Positions 13,801 to 27,793 of a DNA stretch of 64,000 nt are shown here, piece by piece. Under the pieces are notes generated by a model. It made no database searches and was not told the origin of the DNA. It saw only the letters and a program-made list of their open reading frames with translations. Position 1 is the first letter of the stretch; each line of letters begins with the position of its first letter. The position numbers and the translations under genes are program-made. The DNA lies in assembly GCA_000442015.1 (NCBI GenBank), contig KE560904.1, positions 1 through 64,000 of the forward strand, in the 5' to 3' direction. Source of the stretch: Rozella allomycis CSF55. Lineage: Eukaryota.

Positions 13801-14262
13801 TTTTTGTTCTTTTCAAAATCTTCATTCAAGGTTTGAAACATCCTATAAATCTCTACTCTCTCACTTACCCTGTATCAACAAACTCATCTCGACCTTCATC
13901 ATACATCATCCGAACACAACAATAGTCAAAGTACACCCGTCTCTTCACTCGTCTCATTTCTAATGTATTGTTAATACCGTCATAATCTCCACCTCTTTCC
14001 ACTCTCACTATCATCCTCTGTCCATACGAATTCTATTTCCTCAAATTCCAAATTTTACCGTCACACACACATAATTCGCATATTTTATTAAACATTCATC
14101 ATAATATATCTTCCATTTAAACCACCGTTGCAACAGAAATAATAGCCCAAATGTCATCACACTCCCAAACACAAATATCCCATACTTCACTCGACTAAAT
14201 AATAACCCCTGTATCGTTGCGTGTATGTCATGGCCCAGCGTCACACGTTGCGTTGTTGTCAT
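10831..14262 (-). CDS. P5B-type ATPase (ATP13A/Ypk9 family, polyamine transporter-like)
   Basis: PPALP in TM4, DKTGT phosphorylation motif, [44 protein letters not shown]. Confidence 0.93.
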
Positions 14263-14574
14263 CGACTTGCAAGTAAAAAACTTTCAAAATAATAACTTGG
14301 AAATTTCACAAATCAGAACTTTATTTTTATTCGCCCCCGGTAAATGATCACGTGAACAAAAGAGTTTGGAAATAAAAATGTGAGAATAGGAAAATATTTA
14401 TATTCAATGCCAGAATAATAGATCCGCAAGTTTTTGATGGGGCTATAAATAGTGTCAATAAAAGTAAATTAACAATCAATTAAATATTGATTCATCTGCA
14501 TATTTTTTCAGTTTATATTCAAATAAATTCTTTGAAAACTTGTTTTTAATGCACAATCGAACTTCAGCCACTAT

Positions 14575-15582
<1,008 letters not shown>

Positions 15583-15620
15583 TAAATAAATATTTTATTT
15601 TCCTAATTTCTCCTGCTGTG

Positions 15621-16046
15621 TTATCCCATTGAGAGTATCTGAGTCAATTTATCAATGATCCATTTTTGTTGATTTATTCTCTTCTCAATTTCGGTATCAA
15701 GAGAAGATAATTTATTTGATAACCAATCTTCCTCACCTAAATTAATTATTTGCCTTGGATGGCACTCTTCATCGTTTTGGACTTTCAATTCTTGTTCTTG
15801 AAGTTTCAGTTCTTCAATATACAGCCTTGTGTACTGAACTATTTCCAATTTAGTCAAATTAGAATTTTGTTTGATCAATGGATTAACAGATTTCAACCGA
15901 TTCAAAACGTCATTGAATTGCTTTCTGGCTTGCCTTTCTTGCAATTTTCGCCTATGTCTTTTCCTGGCTTCATTATCGGCTTCATTTAGTGCTTATTTTA
16001 TTACAGAATTAAATTTACGATCAAGTTGAAACGGTACTACTTTCAT
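15621..16046 (-). CDS. Small bHLH transcription factor
   Basis: Spliced MKVVPFQLDPLNEADNEARKRHRRKLQERQARKQFNDVLNRLKSVNP...LTKLEIVQYTRLYIEEL gives basic region + HLH, followed by a coiled coil. Confidence 0.7.
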
Positions 16047-16081
16047 ACAAGAGAAATGCCAAGAATAGAAACGGCAATTTA

Positions 16082-17452
16082 TTAAGATGTTTCAGTTGAA
16101 ACAAGTAGATCTTTGGGTAAGAAATAAGCGCCTTGCTGAACATATGTTTTTAAGTGAAAAAGCCTTCCAGGGCTGAACAACGAAGCTGCCATTGGATGTT
16201 CCGAAAGCTTCTTGATAATATCATATTTCCAAATGGTCCCTGTTTTAGTGGTATCACGATCTCTATTAAGTAAATATTCAAAATAGTTGTTTTTATTGAC
16301 CATATCCTTTTAAAATAGAATCTAAAGGTTTACCGTAACAGCCCAATCAAAGTGACAAAGTGAGAATAGAACTTTGAACGCTGGTATCCTAATATCATCA
16401 TCGGGATTAGTTGCTATTGATAATAAGAAACTTAAAGCAGATGTTTCGCAACCAATTTCATAATACAAAGCACGGCAAAATTCACTCCCACTTGAGATTA
16501 GCCCTCGGCAGTTGAAAATATTTTCTAAAGAGAGTAAGCATGCAGACCTCTTTTCAGCTACTGAATGAATGCATTCAGTTATCAGTCTGGAAATCATATC
16601 CTTCCCTTGGATCTTTATGTTCCTTACAATAACAGCAGTTTCAATATCTGAGCAAATTGAACCAATAGCAGACCACGCATTGTTTTGAACGATTAAATCA
16701 GCGCACTGTGTGCAGTAATATATAGAATTTATAATTATGTTTAAATTAACGATTGAACTGAATTCTTTGGTTGCAGAAAAGGCTAGTAAGAATTTCAGAC
16801 AGGAACTTAAAATTAATGAATCACAGTAATATTCATTGGATTCTGGTAGAAAGTTCAAAATCAATTGAGGAAGCTGGTAATAAAGAAGAACGGAAACACC
16901 ATTTGGGACCTGACAAATCTTAGTTGTATAGGCGAATCTTTAGTACTTGGTTACACAACTCAATGGCATTCATTTGTGTCAGCAAATCTTCTTTCATAAT
17001 TTTCTCGGGGAATGTTTGCAACAAGCCAAGCGAATTTCCCCACTCTGGATTCACACAAGACAACTGACCAAAAAGGTCCATAATCCTGAAATATATGATT
17101 TGATCGCTGTATTACATAATTTTTAAGATTACTCTAATCCAGAGCTAATTACGGCGTCTAAAACCTTTGACGTAAATAAGTTTAACCGTAAGCTTCCCAG
17201 TTTTGCAAGAAATGAAACCACTTTATCACCCCAGTCTTCGTCCTTTATATGTGAAATCAAATTCAGAACAAATTCTTCGTCCACATAGTTTATGCCTGCG
17301 GCATCATCAAAAAGCTTGAAACAGCATTTCAGGGCCTCGTATCGAATATCACTTTGAAAATCATTTAAGGCTGTATATAGTAGTTCCTTTTGTTGGGTGT
17401 ATATTTCAACAAACGAAAGTGCCTGAATTTCCTCTTTTGAAGGATAGTGCAT
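16082..17452 (-). CDS. PSMD5: 26S proteasome assembly chaperone PSMD5/Hsm3 (ARM repeat)
   Basis: EDLLTQMNAIEL internal motif; C-terminal FEYLLNR...KYDIIKKL...LKTYVQQGAYF resembles the PSMD5 C-terminus. Confidence 0.75.
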
Positions 17453-17594
17453 ATTTTTATTGTATTTTCAGAAATTTCAGTGGTCAAAATTTAAGCATAG
17501 CTAAAATTAATGCATTAGATTTTATGTTTTGATAAATAAACTTTAGATTAAGTTTGGATGCCTTTTCGTGACCCTGGTTTTTGATAAATACTAA

Positions 17595-19629
<2,035 letters not shown>

Positions 19630-19811
19630 TCAAAAATATTTTTCATATAGGTTAAAAAAATAAATAAAAATCCAAAAAAATTAAAAAATAGAAAAAAGAT
19701 TAAATGATATTCCAAATAAATAAATTTTCGCTTCATCATCTTTTTATCTTCTTGGTTTTCCATATTAAATTCTAGTCTTGGCTATATAGCTAAACCCTGG
19801 TCGTCGTCACC

Positions 19812-20709
19812 ATGGACAGTCAAATAGTTGAAAACAACGCAGAGTCTTTCACAGACTCTATAAGATCAGAACTAAAATGTCCTATTTGCCTAGGAATTTT
19901 GAAAAACCCGTATACCACAATAGAGGTAGTTTTAGCTATTTTCTTTTTAAAAGTGTCTACATCGATTTTGTTACACTTGCATTGACACATCTTTACGTAA
20001 AAATAAACGTGAGTGCCCTACATGCCGAGCAAAGTGCCCTTCGAGGAGATCCCTTAGACCGGATTTTAGGTATTCCATGATCATCAACACGCTATTTCCT
20101 GATTTAAAGGCGTACGAAGATAATCAAGTAGAAGTATATAAAGGTTTTAATAGGATTCGTGGATGGTAATCGAGAATAAGGAAATCGCAATGAAATGGCG
20201 CCAGCATGTGTCATCTGTAAGTACATAATCTGATACTGATGTAGATCAGAAATAAAAGTTCTAAAAAGACTCCGAATAAATTTAATATAACCCCGAATAA
20301 GCGTGACAGGTCCCACGATATCGAGACACCGCCAAAGCCAAAGCACGTGAAGCATGAACTATGCTTGGAAATTAAACTTTCAACTTTTCCAAATGATAGA
20401 GTAACACCTTCACTTGAAAAATCATACCTTAAAACTATTGAAAGATGTCTTGGTAAGGATCATCTTGTTGTAATAACAAAGTTCGCCATGTACGCTCATA
20501 CTTGAGTGTGACGCTATTCAAAGGTGAAAACAAGGGTAATCCGATTATTATTTCTTAAGCCAGACTTGCAGATTTATTATAACAAGAATAATTCCTTCAA
20601 GAAGCTCTCTGATGACTTTATGATTTTAGATCTCGTTCAGTCGGGTGAAGTGCTTAGGAAAGATCTTTGTTTGTACTATTCTATTGTAGATAATATCATA
20701 AAACAATAA
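19812..20709 (+). CDS. RING1: RING1/RNF2 (Polycomb PRC1 E3 ligase) orthologue: C3HC4 RING + RAWUL; six exons, not recognisable in the ORF track
   Basis: Spliced [58 protein letters not shown]...INTLFPDLKAYEDNQ. C-terminus SYLKT...VRHVRSYLSVTL...QIYY...FKKLSDDF...KDLCLYYS. Confidence 0.88.
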
Positions 20710-20710
20710 T

Positions 20711-22495
20711 TTATTTATGTAATCTCGTTAATACTTTCTCCCATTCATCAATTACATTTTTCTCTCCCGATAAGCAGATTGCAAAATCCAAAGTCTTGAC
20801 GATGATTTCTATTCATTAAATAACTTTATTTTTACGATTTTCATTTTCTTTTGACGCAGTAAAGGGCTTTTGTAGTTTCCATTCTTTCCCTGCCTTTACA
20901 TTGTCACGCNCCTTTCCTGCCTTTAAATTGTCACGCGTGCCTCTGCATTGAAGAATCACATCTGTGAGTAGAATAAAGTAATAAACTTTATTCTTTTCTG
21001 TTCCTTTTTCATTAATGATGAAAATTTTTACTTGAATCATTTCTTGTATAATATTTTAAGCATAAAGCGCTTTCTATTAATAGTTTTCTGTGGGGTTTGA
21101 TGATCTATCTATGAGCCCCAACAATTACTTTTACTTGTTCCTCTTGCTTTAGTTTTAACGCTATTTCATAAAGTCTGGATGCATTTTCATATTCTCTCTT
21201 TTTGTCGTTAATTTCATTTGTTCTTTTTAGAAGCTCTTTTAATGCTTGCGTAAGATTTTGGTAGTCTTCGTGATCAACGTTGGTGCAGCTTATTAGGCTT
21301 TGTAATAACAGACAATATCTTGGGATTCTTTGAAAGGGCATCATCAAGTAAGAAATTAAATCAACTTGAGAATGCCTTAAATGTCTTTTCCTTTCTTCTG
21401 CAAAATCAAAAACATTCTTTCTTTTCAAACATTGGCGCCAAACATCAACAGCAGTTTCAAAATTATTTATATAACTTAAATACAGTGAAGTATAATTTGA
21501 GAATTGTTGAAAACATCTACCAAGCATTTTTTCTTCTGTTAATGGATCCTTTACTCTATTGTTACAGTTCAATTTACATGCATCAACTTTGGAAGGAAAT
21601 GTTCCTTGTGGAGTTTCAAAATGGAAGAAAAGTTTGAAAAAACTTGCTTGATTTCACTATTGTAATAATTGAAGTCATTTACGTTGGATAAAGAATCATT
21701 TTTCTTTTAGAAGATATCGACGAAATGGAAAATTCAAGAGGTTTCAAATAGAGCTGCATCACACACGAGAATTCAATTTACGTTATCGACAACCATCAAA
21801 TGGTCGACATACGTTTCTTCTGTAGAAATTATTTCTTTAATAACATGATGTCTCTTTAAAATTACTGTCTCTTCAATTTCCTCAATTTTGAAACTTGATT
21901 CTCGAGTATAAAGAACAGGCGTATTATCCACTGTATCAATCAAGCCCATTCGTTCCAATGACCATTTCATGTTTCTTAATGTTTCTGGTGAATCGCCTAT
22001 CGACTCTTCAGAAAAAGATTCAGTCTTTTCTGTAGATATTACGCTGCTCATGGACATTGTATGATTTCTATAAAGGGGAATAACTTTTACATCAATCGAC
22101 TCTGTTATTGGAGCAAATCTTTTCCATTTTTCACTCAACGATTCATTAGAGTATGTACTATTCATCGAGTCATTCATTGAAACATTTTTTGCATTTTCAG
22201 ATTCATAATATTTCTCTTCAACTTCAGATGTCACAAGGCCTTTCATATTCTGATCAATCAGTACATCATGATTAAATTCTTCAAAACCTTTTTCATGTTC
22301 CAATGAATCTTTATTAATTTTTGTATTTTTTGAAATATCTCCTAATTTACTCCACAAAGTAATCAAAAGAATTATACTGATTATGGTGTAATAGTCTACT
22401 ATTGAATAAGAAATTCTCAGTGCTATGACAAATGCTATCACCAAAATATAATCTCGCATTCTCTTGTGCCCTCTTTGGTTTCCAGGAGAATTCAT
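20711..22495 (-). CDS. RhoGEF (DH-PH) with hydrophobic N-terminus
   Basis: KRHHVIKEIISTEETYVDHL, YLSYINNF and LISYLMMPFQRIPRYCLLL (DH); PH-like C-terminus YYFILLTDVILQC. An N join lies at 20910. Confidence 0.85.
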
Positions 22496-22541
22496 CTATA
22501 AATGGACTGGATTAACTTTGCCACAAAGAGGTTAATATAAA

Positions 22542-23539
22542 ATGGAAATTAAAACTACACAAGATGCATTAAACTTTATTAATTCATGTGACACGTTTTT
22601 GTTTGATTGCGATGGTAAAAAACAATTTGATTACTAAATAGGCGTCCTTTGGAATGGCTCCCATGTTATTCCGAAATCGGTAGAGCTTTTGTCATACCTT
22701 AAATCAAAAGTACAAATATTCTTGGCTTACAATTCAGGGAAAGAGAACAGTCCTTGTGTCAAACAATAGTACTTCCTCAAGAAAGGGTTATTTGAAAAAG
22801 TTGGAAGCGATGAAATTCTCAGTCAATGAAGATGATATTTTTCCATCTTCGTATGCAGCTGCTTATTATCTTAAAGAAATTGAAAAATTAAAGCCAAATG
22901 ATAAAGTTTATGTAGTTGGAATGGGCGGAATTGTTGATGAGCTTGAATTGGCAGGATTTGAAACATTAGGCATTACAGTAAAAGGAAAAATATGATATGA
23001 TAGGATAATGTCACGGAACACACATTTTCTGCGGCTAATGAACTTTTGAATAAATTTGATCCCAATGTAAAGGCAGTAGTTGTTGGTTTTGATCTTCATA
23101 TGAATTATGCAAAGTTGGCAAGAGCATTTGATCAACTAAATAGAAATTCAGACTGCAAGTTTATTGCTACAAATGATGACTCTACTTTTCCTATTCAGGG
23201 TGGTGTGTTGCCAGGTACCGGTGCCTGGGTAGCGGCCTTGAAAGAATGCTCGCAAAAGGAACCAGTTATAACTGGCAAGCCTTCTACTCATTTGTTCAAC
23301 GCATTGAAAAAGTTCTACGGTCTTGAGACTGACAAAACTTGTATGATTGGTGACAGGTACTGTTTGATAATATAAAAGATAGAATTGACACGGACATAGC
23401 ATTTGGGAAAAATCATGGAATGAAATCACTGCTAGTGTTAACTGGAATATCATCAAGATCTTCTCTTGAAAACACTCCTTTAAAGCCAGATTATCATATA
23501 GAATCAGTCACAAAACTATTTGAATTAATAAATACATAA
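22542..23539 (+). CDS. PHO13: HAD-IIA phosphatase (Pho13/phosphoglycolate phosphatase)
   Basis: TFLFDCDGVLW, VSNNS, FIATNDD, GKPS, MIGDRIDTDIAFG, LLVLTGIS. Confidence 0.92.
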
Positions 23540-23636
23540 TCCTTTTATCACTATATAATCATCCGACTATAGATCTACATCGCAATCAGAAGCGAAATTC
23601 ATCAGCCACATCTGCCCTAGCAACAAAATTGTTTGG

Positions 23637-26004
23637 ATGTCCTTCTTCGACTGCAACACCGGCCAATTCGTTGATTATTCTATAGGAGAGAAAATTATTG
23701 CTTCATCAAAAGTCTGCGACGGTTACCTGGATTGTCCTAACCTATCTGACGAGTCTTACTCTAATCAGTGTTCCGTTGATGCTAACACTTTAGTGATATT
23801 CTGGGCCGTAGTAGCTTCTTTGCTTATCGTATTTTGCACTTTTGCCTTTGCAAAATATCTTTTGATCCCAACGTACAAGCAACAAATAAGAGCTATGCAA
23901 CCCGTTTCTTACATAGTCGCATCATCAGGATGNTTTAATCGCATTTTGCACTTTTGCCTTTGCCAAGTATCTTTTGATACCAACGTACAAACAGCAAATA
24001 AGAGCTATGCAACCCGTTTCTTACATAGTCGCATCATCAGGATGTTTAATTGGATTGACTTTACCATATTTTCTACCAAGATATCCAAGTTTTCAAATTG
24101 TTCAAGCTGAGGTGTGGATCTCCATGATATCATTCTACGCGGTTAGTTCAAGTGTTTTAGGAAGACTGCATCGCCTATCTAAAATATTTCTTTCAAAAAC
24201 ACCCAGGAAAATGAAGTACTCAAATGCTGCTTTAATGTTTCGTATAGTATCCGGATTTGTTTTACTTGTGGTTTTGTTGATATTGTTTCTAGTTACTCAG
24301 TCATTAGGTGTTTTATATTCCATTGTTGCCTTTAACTTTATCGTTGTATTTGGAGCTATTTATTTGCTCTTTTTACTGAGAAAGATCAAAAATCGTTTTC
24401 ACAGGGGCTCGCAAGATTTGTTTTTAGTGTTAACCATTTTGATAAGCTTGGCATTTGGCCTTACAACAGTTCTTAGTGATCCATCCTCATTCAAGAATGG
24501 AGAAAGAAGAATGAGTACCATTATGGGTTCAACATTATCATTTCTATCCTTGATTTACAACACTGTTATCATTTTGGCGTCGGTTCGACTGGCGAAAGAA
24601 GAGTTTGATAGTAACTATACGACTGATTATGGTGTAATATCTCATTCAACTTATGCAAATAATCCTAACCCTAGGGAGGCCATTGCCAAATGTTTAAAAT
24701 CTATTAGCGAGGTGTTTGGTGGAGCCCGAGCTCCTTCAGTTCTTTTTGTAGGATTCACTGAAACGTATGACTTCAAAGAAATTCAAAAAGCTATTATTGA
24801 AGAAGCTGTTGATGGCACTCCGTTTATTGGGGTGTCTAGTTGTTTAGGGGTTATGTCGAATGCGTCAACATCTCCAATGAATGGTGCTCCTTACTGTGGT
24901 TTATGGGCCTTGCATGATCCCAACGGAATATACTTAACAGGCTTTGCAGCATGTAGAGAAAATACACACGAAGGATGGTTTGAATGCGGTGTTAATGCAG
25001 TGCAACATGCTCTTAGTCAATTGGACAAAGACAAGCTTCTCCCAGAGTTTGAGAAGAAGCCTGATTGTGTTTGGATGCATGCAACTCCCGGAGATGAAGA
25101 GAGAGTTATCGCTGGTATTCAGAGTATATTGGGAACAAAGGTGACAATTGCAGGAGGATCTGCAGCAGATAATACAATTTCTGGTCGTTGGGCTTCGATA
25201 TCACAACATGGTACTACTCAAAATGGAGTGAATGTTTGTTTATTATGGAGTAGTGTTGTCACGCAAAGTTTGTTTTATTGTGGTTACAAATCAACTAAAA
25301 CATCTGCAACTGTCACCAAAGCCGGGCATCGTAATATTATCGAACTGGATGGAAAACCAGCGGCAGAAGTTTACAATCAATGGACAGGAAATCTTTACGA
25401 GGAATACTTGAAAAAATCTGGAAATATTCTGGCGCAGTCTACATTCTTTCCATTAGGGCGCCAGGTTGGGGTAGACGTTGAAGATATGCCTTGTTATCAA
25501 ATGTTGCATCCTGAAACAATCAACACCAAGCACGAAGTTTCACTGTTTGCCGCGGTTAAAGAAGGAGAGAAGATTGAATTAATGAGAGGAACGGAAGCGT
25601 CTATTGTCAATGATATTAGCAAAGTTTGTCGAAGGTTGATGTTAAATAGTGGATTTTCACCTAATGAAATTAAAGGCGCGTTGGTCATTTATTGTGCTGG
25701 TTGTATGTTAGCATCAAAGGATCATATTGAAAAGGTGATTAAAAGTATGAATTCAACTTTAAATAATGCTCCGTTTATTGGTACTTTCAACTTTGGAGAA
25801 CAAGGTCGTTATCCTAATGGTGATGTTGGGCATGGGAATTTGATGTTTTCTGTGTTGTTGTTTTCAAGCAATCCCAAAGTAGTTCTCAGAAACCCCAAAG
25901 AAGGAGTTGTGATCAAGAAGAACTTATCAAAAAGTGGTACTCATTTATTGGATAGCGCACCTTTGCAGTCAATAAAATCAGCAAGAACTTTATCATCCAA
26001 ATAA
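23637..26004 (+). CDS. LDLa + class-C-like 7TM receptor + C-terminal FIST (FIST_N/FIST_C) domain; broken by an assembly join at N23933
   Basis: VCDGYLDCPNLSDE...C (LDLa); seven hydrophobic helices with IRAMQP and W...LGRLHRLSKIF; FIST motifs IGVSSCLG, TPGDEE, AGGSAADN, IIELDGKPAAEVY, YCAGC, FNFGEQG, HGNLMFS. Confidence 0.8.
23828..24043. other. Overlap duplication around single N (23933): allelic or paralogous contig join
   Basis: About 105 nt occur on both sides of the N, with mostly synonymous differences. Confidence 0.85.
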
Positions 26005-26029
26005 ACAGTCAATTTCATTTTATATATAA

Positions 26030-26639
26030 TTATTTGTTATGCCAAAGCAAATTTCTCCAAGAATCCCAGTAATCGCTATCGTTGTAGAGGTATTGCATTG
26101 ACGCTTGTAAGGAGGTTTGAAGTACATCTCTTTCATGTCTGAAAAGTAGCATCACAATGCCCCAAACGAAAGCAGAAAAATATGCGAAAGCATTTCCATC
26201 AGGTTTCTTAATAAGACCCTTTTTTACCGCCAATTTCGCCAACCCTAGAACATCCCGTGAAAACAAGTAAAGAACAATCTATATACGTAATAATGTTTTC
26301 TGCTACCTGATGATTAATTGGATTGTCTTCTCCAAATACCATGTAACCTCCAAAAAGGCCAGCTAAGAAAGAATCACCGAGATTTTCTTTCCCTTTTGTT
26401 AATTTAAATACAAGCATGAGGGTCTTGTATATTGTAACGAATTTTGCCAGGTTTGTAGCATGTTGAATAGTGGCATTGAGAATAATTCTTATTTTCTCCT
26501 CTAACGGACCCGATCGGAAAAGAAATGTCATTACAAGAGCATGTGGAAATCGAATCTTGGTTCCATAAACTGCACCATTTCTAAAGCCTTTAATTACTGA
26601 AAGGATGGGATGGTAGTAAGGATCAGTCAATATGGTCAT
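26030..26639 (-). CDS. PXMP4: Peroxisomal membrane protein 4 (PXMP4/PMP24, Tim17 family)
   Basis: KGFRNGAVYGTKIRFPHALVMTFLF; LQASMQYLYNDSDYW. Confidence 0.92.
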
Positions 26640-26659
26640 GAGTTGTCTGAATTTTCGTA

Positions 26660-27773
26660 ATGGAAGAAATCGAACCAGTAGAATCTATCTCTTTAAAGTT
26701 CCAAGGTGTGGATAAAACATATCACCCATTATTTTATTACGGCTTTTGTGATGATTTATCTACAGATGAGATAACCTTCACATTTGATCCAAAGACTCTC
26801 CACTTTCTAGTTGAAACTGATAATCCAAGACACTCTCTATTAGATGCTATATCTTCTCATTTAGAAGCGGATGTGGATTTTACCTCGAGTCGGGAGAATT
26901 TTGAAAAACTCGTTGCTGAACAATCAGAATATGAAATTTTAGGTGATAAAGTATTGGAATTTGAGAAAAATGGCGCCCATTTTTATTTGACTCGAGTAAA
27001 ACTTATCGACTTGTTGTATAGTGCAATTGGAACACCAATGGATTTAAGGGATTCAAAAAGAGGCTGGAACTTTTTCTTATATGGTATATTGATGGTAGCA
27101 ACACCATACTTGAATACGATGACGACCGATGGGAGTTTTTCTTATTATATATGAAAGACGAGGGATCTGAATATCCCATACCCTTAGGATATTGCTCGCT
27201 GTATAATTTTTTTAAATATCCCGATGGCGTCCGTGCTAGAATAAGGTAATTTATTAATTATCGCTTTATATTGTCAATTCATAGTATTGCCGCCTTATCA
27301 AAATCAAGGCTATGGAAGTACACTACGTTAAATCATTTCATGCAGGAATGTTTTATGAGCATATATTAGATCAATTGATAAAAGATGAAAATGTGAAAGA
27401 AATATCAGTGGAAGATCCAAACGAGCAATTCATGGTCATAAGAAATAAAGTTGATTTTGCCAGGGTGACTTCACTTCAGCCAGATATTGACGACTTATTA
27501 AATCGAAACAAATTTAAGGAATTAAAATCAAATATTAAAATAACTGATAGGCAATTATTTAATTGTTTAGAGCGCCACTTGTACTACAGTTGTTCAGACA
27601 AAGACAAAGAGAGATTAAGAAGATTTATGAAGAAAAGGATTTATGTTGATGATTCGGTATGCGATTAAAACTGTAGTGATTTAGGAAACATTTGACAATT
27701 TAGGTAAAAGGCAGAGGTATTCAAAACTAAATCAACTTTTCAATCATTACGTAAAGAAAATAAAGAAATAATT
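26660..27773 (+). CDS. HAT1: Histone acetyltransferase type B catalytic subunit Hat1 (3' end approximate)
   Basis: LFLIWYIDGS...DDDRWEFFLLY, GYCSLYNFFKYPDGVRARIS|QFIVLPPYQNQGYG, ISVEDPNEQF. Confidence 0.88.
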
Positions 27774-27793
27774 CATTATTTTATCTGTTTTTA

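Noticed and set aside
20884-20937. 26-nt direct repeat in the RhoGEF PH region
   Set aside because: It flanks a single N (20910), so it is a contig-overlap artefact rather than a biological repeat.
23637-24110. Separate 157-aa LDLa ORF, or a frameshifted pseudogene
   Set aside because: The frame change is caused by the duplicated overlap at N23933; collapsing it gives one ORF. The left part could still derive from an allele or paralogue.
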